From NCBI RefSeq assembly GCF_009914755.1, contig NC_060926.1: a DNA stretch of 64,000 bases; one strand, given 5' to 3'. The position numbers were made by a program, and so were the translations under genes. The stretch comes from the human T2T-CHM13v2.0 reference genome, Homo sapiens. Below, piece by piece: positions 44,275-56,593 of this stretch. The first letter of the stretch is position 1, and each line of letters begins with the position of its first letter. The notes beneath the pieces are model-generated. The model saw only the letters and a list, made by a program, of their open reading frames with translations, searched no databases and was not told where the DNA came from.

Positions 44275-45279
44275 CGTGATGTTCTCTATTAACGTGACGC
44301 AGATATAGTAGTCCCTGCTCAAGTCCATGTAGAATGAGGCTGGGTGCACACAGCCAGCTTTGTTTCCTGCCTAGCTCCACCTGGTGACCAGGTGGCTGGA
44401 CCAGAGGAGGGGATACAGGGACAGGAACCAGGGCAAGGACAACAAGACCATTTGGCTACTGAACCAGGGTCCTGGTCTCCTCGGCACTGTGTCCTGAGCC
44501 CTGATGCGAGAGGCCACAGAGGTCAGGTAGGGTCTCTGTCATTCACCTTTTCGACAGGAGACAAAGGAAAACTCCAAACAAGCGAAAACAGAGAAAAGAA
44601 CAATGGGCTTGGAGACAGCCCCACTAGGTGACCTGGAGCAGAGTGAGCCAACTTTCTCCTTCCTGAGAATAACAATGGCTGCTATTATTGAGCTCTGACT
44701 CTACACAAAACCCACACAAGCACTAATGTGAGTCACACATCCTCACGGCAACCCTAAGACACAGAAGCTCCTACTTCCACCATACACAGCTGGCGGAGCC
44801 ATGGGCTGCCCTCTGGGAGCAGCACAACAGAGAGAAAGGAACACACAGGCTCTGTAATCATAGCAGCCGGATTGAAAGCCCACCCCACTGCTGGCCACAC
44901 CTTCCCCAACCGCAGTCTACTCATCTGACGACAGGATAAGAAGGCTGGCCCCACTTGAGCTTGACGTGAGGATGACATGTCATGGCATATGAAAAGTGAC
45001 GGGCACAATAGAGGCTCTTGGTAAATGTTGGTCTCTTCCCTTAAACCCTCAGACAAAAATTCCCAAACATTTCCAGGTTGAACTTTATAATTTAGAAAAA
45101 AGTGAAATATTTGGTGTGTTGTTTTCATTTTGTTTTTAATCCAGAAAATCCTAAAGGAGACAGTAAAAATCAGATTGCTTTAAGCAATCCTTCCCCACTA
45201 GTGCATGAACTTGGCAGAGCAGATGTGCAGAGCTCAGGCTGCTGAGGTCATGGGAGTGAAGGGCCAGCAGGGCTCCAGA

Positions 45280-45460
45280 CTTGGAGAGGGCTGGTTTGGA
45301 AACCTGGTTTTACTGCTTATTCAGTGTGAGACTATGGCAACTCCCTGCATCTCCCTGGTCCTCAGTTTCCCCACCTGTAAAGTGGTGCTACTGAGACCTC
45401 TCTTGCAAAGTTGTTGTGAGGATTAAATGAAATAATACATAGCAGATGATAATTAAATAG
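45280..45460 (+). mobile_element. MIR
   Basis: 'cctcagtttccccacctgtaaagtgg...gttgttgtgaggattaaatgaaataatacat'. Confidence 0.8.
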
Positions 45461-46864
45461 TGGGCATCACCACTACCACTGTCACCGTCGCATCTTCTGC
45501 AGAAAGGACCCTCAGGCCTGGGAGGCAGAGAGACATCTGGGATCTCCACAGAGGCAAAGTAAGGAGATCTGGTAGCTTCTATTCACCTCTTGGCTCCAGA
45601 AACAGCGACCCTGTATGGATGACTCAGCAGGGAGCAGATGAGGGGAAGGATGAGCTTCTGTGCTCCTGAGGCCCCTCCTCTGGCACACAGCTCTTTGGGG
45701 GAGCAGGGCAAGTCCCTCTCACATCTGCCTAATAAGGGCCTCAGAAGTGAGAATGACAGGCAGCGGGGTGTGCCTGGTAGGGGGAGGGCCAGGGGACTGT
45801 CCATCACCCAGGCCCTTTTCACTAACGGCCTTTACCCCAGGTCACACCAGGCCTGCCTCCTACTCACTCCCTAAGGACAGAACTCTTCAGAGGTGGAAAG
45901 AGGCCTGGCAGAGGTGGTCCCAGGAAGTCCTGGCTCAGTGAGGCCTGGGGTGGTGGGCTGACCTGGAGACAAGGGACTGAGACAAGCCAGGGCTGGGCAG
46001 AACTCATGTCCTCTAAGAGAGAGGTCCCGGCTCAGGCCCCAGTCTAAGTATGAAAAGCAGGGGAAACATCTATATTTGACAACCCTGGCTGCATTGTACA
46101 GAGGGGGATGAGCTGCACCGTGGGTGGGCCCCGATGAGTTGAGGATAGAGACTTTGAGAACCTGCTTCCTGGTAGCTTTGTTTGGTGGAAGGAAGACTAC
46201 AAGCTGGATGGGAAGCAAAGAGCAGGAGAAAGGAGAGTAAGGCTGGGTTCTGCGGGACAATGTGCCAACAGGAGAAGCCCTTGCAGATCAGAGATGGGCT
46301 GGGACAGGCAAGAAGGGCACTGAGGAATAGAAATGTCCAGTAAAGATGTCTAGGTAGGTCTCTGAGGATTCCAATAAAAGCTCACTCCTGCCTCCTCTAT
46401 CAACCTTCTGTGAGGTCTACTTTGCTCCCAAACAATATCATGTTGAAGGAGCCTTCTATAGAACTCGAAGGAGTAGCTTTTCTTATCTGGCTGTAGGAGT
46501 ACCATGCCTATAAGGACCAGGGGTTATAGGGCTGAGGGACTGAGGCAATTCTATTTGATCTCACGACTGAAGAGACCACAGCTGACATCTGCGCTGCTCA
46601 ACCTCTGTAGGGGAACATAGGTGGTGGAAAAACTGGACATTGGTCTCAAACAGGCATGGAGTCACATCCTGATATGCCCGCTAGTGGGAATGAAAGTAGC
46701 CAAGGTCACACTAGGCTATGGCTATCAAATCCCTAGCCAAAGGTCAAGAGCCTTCCATCAGTGATGATGTCGCCTCTTATGTGACACTGTCCAGGCTCCT
46801 ATGCCCAGGAAGAAGAAGAAGGAGCTCTGAGACCCCAGGTAAAAGTGGGTGGGACACAGACACT

Positions 46865-47000
46865 AGCCCTCATCCTCACGACACCTGTGAGGTGAGTATT
46901 ATTTTCCCCAATTTATAGATGGGGAAACAGAGGTACAGGACACTAAGTAATTTACTGGAGCCAGTAATGGAATGCAAGTCTGTCTAGCTCCAGAGCTTGT
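46865..47000 (-). mobile_element. MIR
   Basis: 'cctgtgaggtgagtattattttccccaatttatagatggggaaacagaggtacag'. Confidence 0.75.
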
Positions 47001-47034
47001 CTTCTTTCTACTACATCTTCCTGATTCAGAGGCC

Positions 47035-48000
47035 CAGCACCCATCACCAAAACTACTACCACCATCATCAAAACCATCATCACCACCACAATCATCAACA
47101 GCAAAATCGCCACCATCATTACCACCTACATGACAAACAGTATCATCATCACCAAAAATACCAGCACCACCACAAATATCACCACCACCACCACACACAG
47201 CAATGCCAACAGCATCATTACCACCAACACTACTACCCAGAGTATCATCATCAACAGTACCATCACCACTGCAACTACCAACAGCCAAATCACCATCATT
47301 ACCACCAACACCACCAACAGTATCATCAACACCAATCTCAATACCATTGCCACCACCACCATCCTAACCACCATCACCACCACCACACACAGCAATGCCA
47401 ATACCATCATAACCACCAACACTACCTAGAGTGTCATCATCCCCAACAACACCATCACCACCAAAACCGTCATAACTATCATCGTCACAACTATTAACAG
47501 CAAAATCACCACCATCACCATCACTAACACCACCAACAGTATCATCCTCACCAACAATACCATTGCCACTACCACCTTCATACCCGTCACTACTACCACA
47601 ACCACCAACAGGAATGCCAACACCATCATGACCAACAACGCTACCGGCAATGTTGTGATCACCACCAATATCACCACCACCATCATTATCACCAACACCA
47701 CCAACAATTCAATGATCACCACCAATACCATCATCACTCTCACCACCACCATAGCCATCATTGCCACCTAATCAGCAACACCACCACTATCATTACCACC
47801 AACAATATCATCATCATCCCCAGAAATACCATCATTATCACCACCACTGTCACCAGCAACACCAGCCATCGCCACCATCATTACCAGCACACTCCTCACA
47901 AGCACACTCATCACCAGCACTAATAGCACCCTTACCTGCACCAACGCTCACACCACTGCCAACAATAACACAAAGGCTAGCACTAATATCATCATTAGCA
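47035..48000. repeat. (ACC/ATC/AAC)n degenerate trinucleotide repeat with higher-order ~180-220 bp units
   Basis: Anchor aacagcMaaatc at 47097/47280/47496 and anchor cagSaatgccaa at 47198/47390/47609. Confidence 0.9.
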
Positions 48001-50784
48001 TCAAAAAGACAAAGATTTGTCTCAAACAGCTACACCACTTTATGAAGAAAAGGGGAAGGGAGCCTGAGAGAAAATTGAAAAGTAAGAGAAGAATAGGTGA
48101 TCAAGACAAAAAGAAGAGAATGATAATAAACTCCCAGCCTCCAAGTGACTGATGTCTCAATGTCAGCTGAGTTCAAAGTTAGTTCAGGCCTAGAAGCCTG
48201 GAGAATAGGCTTCCTTTGACCAGGAAGGGCCCCTGGAGCCCTGGAGCTGCATATGAGAAGCTGAGGCTTGGTCTCTCTTCCTCCCACTTCCAACCACCTG
48301 CCTCATTTTGCTCTCCCAGCCCCTTCCCCATCTGCCCATCTCCGATGGCTGAACCCATGCACCCCAGACCCGGCATTGCTCAGCTATTTGATGAATGAAG
48401 CTGTTACGGCCCCATACAGAGGGGCCCAGTCTCAAATCTCACACACTGAGCCCCGGACGGGTACGCTGGAGGCCCAGGTTCCAGCCACAGGGACCTCCAG
48501 GAACCTGGGGGACCCAGTCTTGATTGAACCCTGTGCCAGCTCACGAACTCAAGTGAGATAAACAAAGTGCAGGGCCAGGAAATGCTGGAGGGGACTAGGA
48601 AAAGACCTCCCGGGAGAGCAGAGCGCCTGTTCACCACGAAAGACAGCCCATAGAACCAAAGGCCTGCAGGTGGGGGAAGCCATCAGAGAAGAGGAAAGAC
48701 AACCTTGGAGAGGAAAGAGGCCTGGTGTCTTCTTGTTCCTTCACTGGCTAACACCTGCGCTAGGATTATCTGTGTGAGCTTGGGCAAGCCAGCAAACCCC
48801 ACAAACCCCCTTCAGCCTCCCTATCTGTAAAATGGAGGTGATGCTCACCTGGCAGGGTGAAGAAGCTGTGAAGGTAGAAAGCTCTCCTGACACACTGGAC
48901 ACAGCCCCAGTGAGTGCCTGTGGGATGAATGAATGCGTGAATGAACGAAAGTCTCTGCACTCCAGGCAAGCAGTCCTCCCCACTCAGCAGCCTGCCACCG
49001 GGGGCTTTGGGAATGCCTGAGGCACCATCACTCACGGCTGTCACGGCCCTGGCCTGCCTCGCTGAATCCATCGGACAGTCTTGAGGCCAAATTTATGTCT
49101 CCAGCAACTCAGACTATTGTGCTGTAGACGCGGGCTTCTGTTCAGTTCAGCCAGACACTGCCTTAAATTTATGCTGCCAGACTTCATTAGGGCCCAAGTT
49201 TGCCAGAACCATTAAAGGTGTGGGGGAGAGAAGAGGGTGCTTTGGAAATGGAGTGTGAAATAAGGTAAAGGAAAGTTTAATGGGGCTGGAATCAAGTCTG
49301 CAATGTACCTTATTAATAGTTATTTTATTCCTTGTCACACTGCTTATTAAATGCATCCTGGCTCTGATGCCTCCGCGTTCCTGCCCGCAGCTCTCATCTT
49401 GCAGTAGATGTGTGCTGAGTTCTGGGGCCCTCTCGTGGGTTCATCTTCTTTCCTCTGGGGCCTGTGGCTGACCCTGGGAAGGTAAGGGCAGCGATCTCCT
49501 AAGCAGGCCCTCACCACAACGGGTGATAGAGGGGTTCTCCCTCACCACAATGGGTGATAGAACATGCAGGACCTCATTCTGTGGGATATAGAGAGAAACT
49601 TTAAAAATAAATCACGGCGTCCAAAGCTGTCACCCTGGAGGTGAGGGTAAGGGATCCTATGGCAAGCTGTCAGTCAGAAGAAGGTGTTAGCAGAGGCACC
49701 AGGATCGTGATAAAACCTCAGAAATGGGAGTGAGAGCGGGAGACACCTTGATTCTCCTCCAGGAGAGAGGTGTGGGGCACAAGCACATGGCATACATCTT
49801 CCTACGGCGTGCCAGGCCTACGCTAGGGGAGTAGGATTATGGCCTGCCCACAGCCAGAGGCACCGCGGAGGATCCCCCCACCAGCCCATCTGGGCAAGAA
49901 GCAAATGCTTAACATACCTTTGTGTTTTGGGCCTTGGTTCGATCAGACCCCCCTGCCGGGAGGGATCACAACATCCACGCCAGCCCTCCGGCCCAGTTCC
50001 TGCTTATGACACTGGCATGAGGGTTCTGTTCTTTGGTGGGACAGCTACCAACTGGGCTGACGTCTACACACTGGGAAGTTCAGTGCGTGGGAGTCGGCCT
50101 CCCTGAAAATGGCAGCTTTGCTCTTCCTACTAAACAGAGGCTCGAGACTGCAGGGTGAGGACCAGATAGGGCACTGCCCACTCCAGGCTCTGTCAGCAGG
50201 GACAGCCAGCCGGGTGGCAGCGTCCAGCTGGCTCTGGGCTGCACAAAGAGGTTCATGAGATCATCAGACCAAGCTTCCAAAAAGCAGATGGTTGGTACCA
50301 TGGAATCAGAAGGGGACAGAGCCTGGGGCTGGGGAGAAGGTATCCTGAAGAGGGTGGCAGATGGACAGGAAAAGTCACAGCCCACTGGGGTGGATGGGCA
50401 GCCCTGAGCTACCAAGACTGCCTGCTGCCAAAGCTCTGCGTGGCCCCCAGCTCAGCCCGAGCTTCCGGATTGGGCATTGCCTCAGGCCCTACACTGTGCT
50501 GGGCTGGCCTATGCTTGCCCGGGTCAAGTTGAAGTTGAGAGTACAAGTTGGAGCCTATGTGAGATGTGGGCCAGCCTGGAGAGGAGAGAGTGGCTGCAAG
50601 CCCTGGGACCTTCCAGGCTTATCATTCATCAGCTGGTGCCTCGCGCAACCACCATTACTGCACAGGCAGAGGAAAAGGTGCCAGGCCCATGGCAGGGTGG
50701 GGGAGCTGAAAGGCTCCTTAAAGATCCCAGGGCCTGGGATGCTATTCTTCTAATATTCTAATATCCTAATTGTCCTGCCAGGGC

Positions 50785-51000
50785 AATCCTAATACTGAAC
50801 ACTTACCTATTGCTGCCCCTGTCACGTGTGGTTGATATACCTTAACCCCCGAGGTAATTCTATTGTTAAGCTCACATTATACATGAGGGAACTGAGGCAC
50901 AGAGAGGTCAAGTAACTTACCCCATCTCACACAGCTATGAAGTGGCAGACCCAAATGAGAGAGGCAGAATGGCTCCAGAGTCCACTCAACTCTACAGCTC
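50785..51000 (-). mobile_element. MIR
   Basis: 'tacatgagggaactgaggcacagagaggtcaagtaacttaccc...tcacacagcta...agtggcaga'. Confidence 0.8.
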
Positions 51001-52859
51001 ACCACCCTAATACGCTGGCTGACAACTGGCTGCCCTTAGGCACTTCAAAATTGACTGGGGGGCAGAGTTGAGCTCGGTCAGATATGCAGGCATGCGGATA
51101 CCCAAGATACCTTGAGGGTCCTGCCTGCCTTGCGCCTTTGGCCTGGCCCCTCTTAGCTCAAAGACATTCTGTGGACACCTCTGAGATGAGAGCATGATGG
51201 CTATTTCTGGGCTGCAACCTCCTGCCTCCTCATCCACACCCTGAGAGTGAACTCCAAGTGCTCAGGCACACTACGAGTCCTCCAGGTGACACATATTCCT
51301 CCTAAAACATAGGAGACACTTCAAATTGCTGCCACAGATCCATGTCCTTATCCTGGTCTCGCCCCCTCTCAGCTATGCTATCAGATAGCGACAGCTGCCA
51401 CAGGTCAAACGCCTATACCGGGTGTACTGAGGGCTCACACACAGCCATTCTCTCTTTTACCTTCACCACCACCTGGAGACTCGGCTTAACTCCCTGATCT
51501 CAACTGAGGTCCAGGGAATATAAATGACAGCATGAGCTCTTGCAGCAGCTCAGGGGAAGTGAGGCTAGGAAACGAGGCTGTGAGATTTCAAAGCTCCTGC
51601 AGCTGCTCAAAAGCTATATGAGGATTGTGTTACAGTTACTGTTATGTTCTGCTTAGCAACTTCAGCCTTCCAGAATATTTTCACATTCATCTCCCATTTG
51701 GCTCTGCCACTCACCCTGAGTTACTCGCCTCCCCTGGAGAGAAGTTCCCTGGAGAGTAAGACAATGAGATTCAACACAGCATACTAGACCTTCATTTCCT
51801 TATCATTTTATCAGCCAAGAGGGGACGAGCCAGGCTTTACCATCTCTACCTTACAAACGAGGAAGCTAAAGTGTGGGCAGCTCATGCAATCTATCAGCCA
51901 ACATACTGCAGTGACCTACTAGGAACACACAACAACAGCAAAATAATACTAGCAGCAGTTTGAATTATTGAACCACTGTCAGCCACATGCCAAGCACTGC
52001 ACTAAGTCATTACAGATATTAGCTCATTTAACCCTCATGGCAGCTATAAGTGTACTGTTACTCAAGATTATTACCCTCAATGTAAAGATTAAGAACCTAA
52101 GATCAGGACTCAAACCAGACTCCTAGTCATTTATGGTGTCTAGTTCAGTTATTTTTGCTATTCTTTGTATTCACTCACCGATTCGTTCATTCCACACTTC
52201 CCTGAATGCCTATTCCAGGCACAGGACTCAGTCCTGGGAATACAGTAACAAACAAGAAAGACTGGGTCCCTGCCCCAAAGCAGCTTGCAGACCAGGGTGT
52301 CATGAAACCAGGTGGAGTCCCCTAAAATCCTGGCAATCCCTGGGTCATCAGGTGGGTCCAGGAAGAGGTAGAGATCTCAGCTCATCATCACCTGGCTTTC
52401 CCCAGATCTCTGGCAGGATATATGGTTTAGCAAGGCTCACTAAAAGATGTGCTTGTCCTCATAACAGGAACTTCTTGTTCCCTTAACTGCCTCTGTCTTT
52501 TTTTTTCTCCACAATCAGCCTTATTTTAATCTATATACCCAAAGACAGAGACAAAATGTCATGCACTTAACGAAGAAGAAGAAGAAGAAGATGATGAGAG
52601 CAAAGAAGGTGCAAAGTAGCTTCCTAAATTCCAGGCTGGCATTTAAACCCACTCGTGTGATTCAAGTTCATTTACTTCTCTTGAAGTTGGATGACAAGAA
52701 CATATATTTCCCTGGAAATGTAGCACACTAAAGCCACTGTAAATAAGGGCCTGAAGATTCGTACTTTTATTTATGCGATGATTTATGAGATTCCCCATTT
52801 TCTCCAGCTGACTGAATCCCAGACTCTGGACAGGGTTGGCCATGTTGACATTTCAAACC

Positions 52860-53750
52860 CTATCTGTGTAATGCCAATTCCCAAATTCATGTATCTGAAG
52901 TCCAGCCCTGTGAAGTCATCTGATCTCAATCTGGATAGGCTCCAGTAACCATGGCAACATAACAATGGGAACATCATTTTCTTAGCTCATCCCCACCTAC
53001 CACCAAAACTCTTACTCCTGCTGGATCCCCATTCTTAGAGAATGGTACCAACATCCATTGAGGCCCCACACAGAGCCTCATGAGTCATCTAAGACATCAT
53101 GCTCTCATGCCCCTTTGTCCTCATCTGGTTGTCAGCTGATCCTCAAATGATACTTGCTCAGATGCCCTCAAATGCATGCTTTCCCCTCTCTCCAACCCAG
53201 GACCAGTCCTGCAACAGTCACCTGCTTTCAGATTGCTCCCCACCAATAAGTCTACAGTGACTTTTAAAAACACAATCTGCTCATAAAAGATAAGTTTCTC
53301 AGCCCCGCTTACAGTCTCAAATACTCCACTTTTGCACTCACATGTGCATGGCTCCCAAAACTCCTTAGTCCCCTTGCTTCTGGGCTATGTTTGTACCACT
53401 CCCTCTTTGTAGAGCATACTTTTCCCATCTTCTTTGCTGGATAACCCCTATTCAAACTTCCAGGCCCAGTGCAGACATCACCTCTTCCTAGAAGTCTTCC
53501 AGGACCTCCAATCCAGGATTCGTTAGGCACTTCTGAATTGCAACTACATCTCTACCATAGCATAGGATTCATCACACTGTATGAGAAATATCTGTCTACC
53601 TGGTTCTCTGCCAACTGAATTGTGAGCTTCCTGGGAGAAGGGACCATGTCTTGCTTTTTTTGTATCATTAAAGATACACAGTATGCTTAATCAGTGGGAG
53701 AACTCAATAAATGCTTGCCACATGAATCAACAAATGGATGAATGAGGAAA
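52860..53750 (+). mobile_element. L2 3' portion
   Basis: 'catcacctcttcctagaagtcttcc', 'ttgtgagcttcctgggagaagggaccatgtctt' and L2-type tail 'ctcaataaatgcttg...tgaat...gatgaatga'. Confidence 0.8.
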
Positions 53751-53905
53751 CACACAAATGGATCACTCATGTCCATTCTTCTCTCCATACTCCTCCCATC
53801 TGTTCCAGAGATCTCTGGAATACAAGACACTTTAGTCCCCTATCAGCTTGGTTTGTTCCTGATCATTCTATGAAATGGAAGACTCCAAAGGTCTACAACA
53901 TGGTG

Positions 53906-54463
<558 letters not shown>

Positions 54464-54837
54464 CTGAAGAGTACAGTCTTAAAGATTTTGACTCCAAATT
54501 TCTTGGAAGTATAAGGTTACAATCATTCATCCATGCTTTGGTAGCATATTTCAAATGAACTTATAAAAGTGTGGGTTTGAGCAGCACCACTTCCTAGTGA
54601 ATTTCCAAGAAAATATTAGTTGCACAATTTACATTAAATAATTAAATATATTTTCCACTCTATACAGCAGTTAGATATAAACTAATTACATTTCAGAGGA
54701 CAGCTGCCCAAAATGACAAGCCCAGGTATCAATCTCTTACACTGTTCCTTCATGAAGATTTTATTTTTTACTCTTTGTGCTTTCATTCCTTCTCATCCGA
54801 AGGTTAAATGTCAATTCATAAAAGCCTTGCCTAAGTG

Positions 54838-54873
54838 ATGTTGGTGGCATAGCGGTGAGCATAACCACCTTCC
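54838..54873 (+). pseudogene. Tailless retropseudogene of the 5' half of tRNA-Gly(TCC)
   Basis: atgttggtggcatagcggtgagcataaccaccttcc matches 29/36 nt of recalled tRNA-Gly-TCC nt 1-36 and ends at the anticodon; TSD taaaagcctWgcYtaa at 54819-54834 / 54875-54890. Confidence 0.8.
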
Positions 54874-55048
54874 GTAAAAGCCTAGCTTAATCATATTATT
54901 CCTATTTTATATTTCTATGTTCCTTTGAAATGGTATCATGGACAGTGATAGTCGAAATCTTTGTATACTCTTTGACCAAGGAAGAAAACATAATTCAGGC
55001 ATCTGTCAGTGTGTCATCACAATGTCTAGTATACAATCAAAATTACTA

Positions 55049-55400
55049 AGCTGGGTGCAGTGAGTGGTTCATGCCCCCAGCTACTCAAGAAGCTGAGGAT
55101 GGAAGATCACTTTAGCCCAGGAGTTTGAGACCAGCCTGGACAATATAGCAAGACCCCATCTCTAAAAAAAATTTAAAAGAAAAAGTAGCCAGACATGGTG
55201 GCTTGTGCCTATAATCCTAGCTGCTCTAGAGGCTGAGGCTGGAGGATCACTTGAGGCCAGGAATTTGGGACCACCCTGGGCAACACAGTGAGAACTCATT
55301 TCTAAAAAATAAAACTAAGCAAATAATTAGCTGGACATAATAGCACGCACCTGTGGACCCAGCTACTCAGGAGGCTGAGGCAGGGGTAATGCATTAGCCC
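55049..55400 (+). mobile_element. Trimeric AluJ/FLAM-like element without a poly(A) tail
   Basis: Two left-type monomers plus a truncated right arm; exact TSD aaattactaagc (55040-55051 / 55401-55412). Confidence 0.8.
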
Positions 55401-56050
55401 AAATTACTAAGCATGAGAGGAAGCAGGAAAAAGTGAGCCAGAATGAAAAAGAAAAGTCAATAAAAATAGGTCCTAACGTGACCAAGACGAAGACTTTAAA
55501 ACAGTTAACATGCTGTAGTATGTAGTACATTTAAGAACACAAAGGAACCACATTAACATAATCAGTGAACATTTGTAGGATGCAGCTAAAGTGATGCTTA
55601 GAGAGAAATTTTGAGTTTTAAATGCATACATTAGAAAAAAAGAAAAGTATAATTTTAGTCATCTAACTTTCTAAGTTAATAAACTCAAAAACATGAAGTA
55701 AATGAAAACCAAAGTAAACAGAAAACAGCAAAGTATAAAGATAAAAACAGAAATCAATAAATTAGAAAATAAAAAATAATAATATGACCAAAATCTATTA
55801 TCTTAAAGAATTGAAATTGAAAAAAGTCTGGAAAGACTGATCAAATAAAGAGAAAACACAAATTATGAATATCAAAAATAAAATAAGATGTCCATAAAGA
55901 TCCAATAGCTATTAAAAGGAAACTAGCAGAATAGTGTGAAAAAATTTATGTCAATAAATTTGACAACTTTGGTGGGATAGACTCATTTCTTGAAAAACAT
56001 AAATTACCAAAACTGACACACACAAAAAGAGAAAATCTGAATAGCTCCAT

Positions 56051-56593
56051 TGTATGAGTTATCTATTTCTGGGTAATAAATATTATTCCAAAATAGAGGA
56101 GCTTAAAATAAGAAACATTTATTATTTCATAAATGTCTGAGGTTAAGGAACCCAGGAGTAGCCTCACTGGGTGGTTGTGTCTCAGCATCTTTCCCAAGGT
56201 TGCAGTCAAGTTGCCAGGCAGGGCTATAGTCATCTCAAGGCTTGACTGGGCTGGAGAATCCACTTTTACTCTCACTCACAGGGTTGTTGGCAGCCTCAGC
56301 TCCCGGTTGGTTGTCAGCCAACAGCTCTATTTCTTTCCACAAGGGCTTCTTCACAAGCTTCCTTGGTGTTCACACAACATGGCTCTTGGCTTTCCTCAGA
56401 GTAAATGATCTAAGAGAGAAACATAGCTAGAAGCTGCAGTCCCTCATAAGTGACATATCATTAAGTCTGCTGCATGCCATTGGCCACACAGGCAAACCCT
56501 GGTACAATGTTGGAGGAGACTACACAACTACACAAGACTGTGAATACCAGCAGGTAGGTATCACTGATGGGCTCCTGGAGATTAGCTACTACA
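56051..56593 (-). mobile_element. MLT1F-like MaLR solo LTR inserted in L1
   Basis: tgta...; 'ggttgcagtcaag', 'aggcttgactgggctggagaatccactt', '...gctactaca'. Confidence 0.85.

Noticed and set aside
46997-47497. His/Gln-rich 166-aa ORF as a histidine-rich protein gene
   Set aside because: It is a reading of the (CAC/CAT)n repeat, starts at TTG, and has no gene context.
54838-54873. Functional tRNA gene
   Set aside because: No T-arm, B box or 3' acceptor strand; only the 5' half is present.
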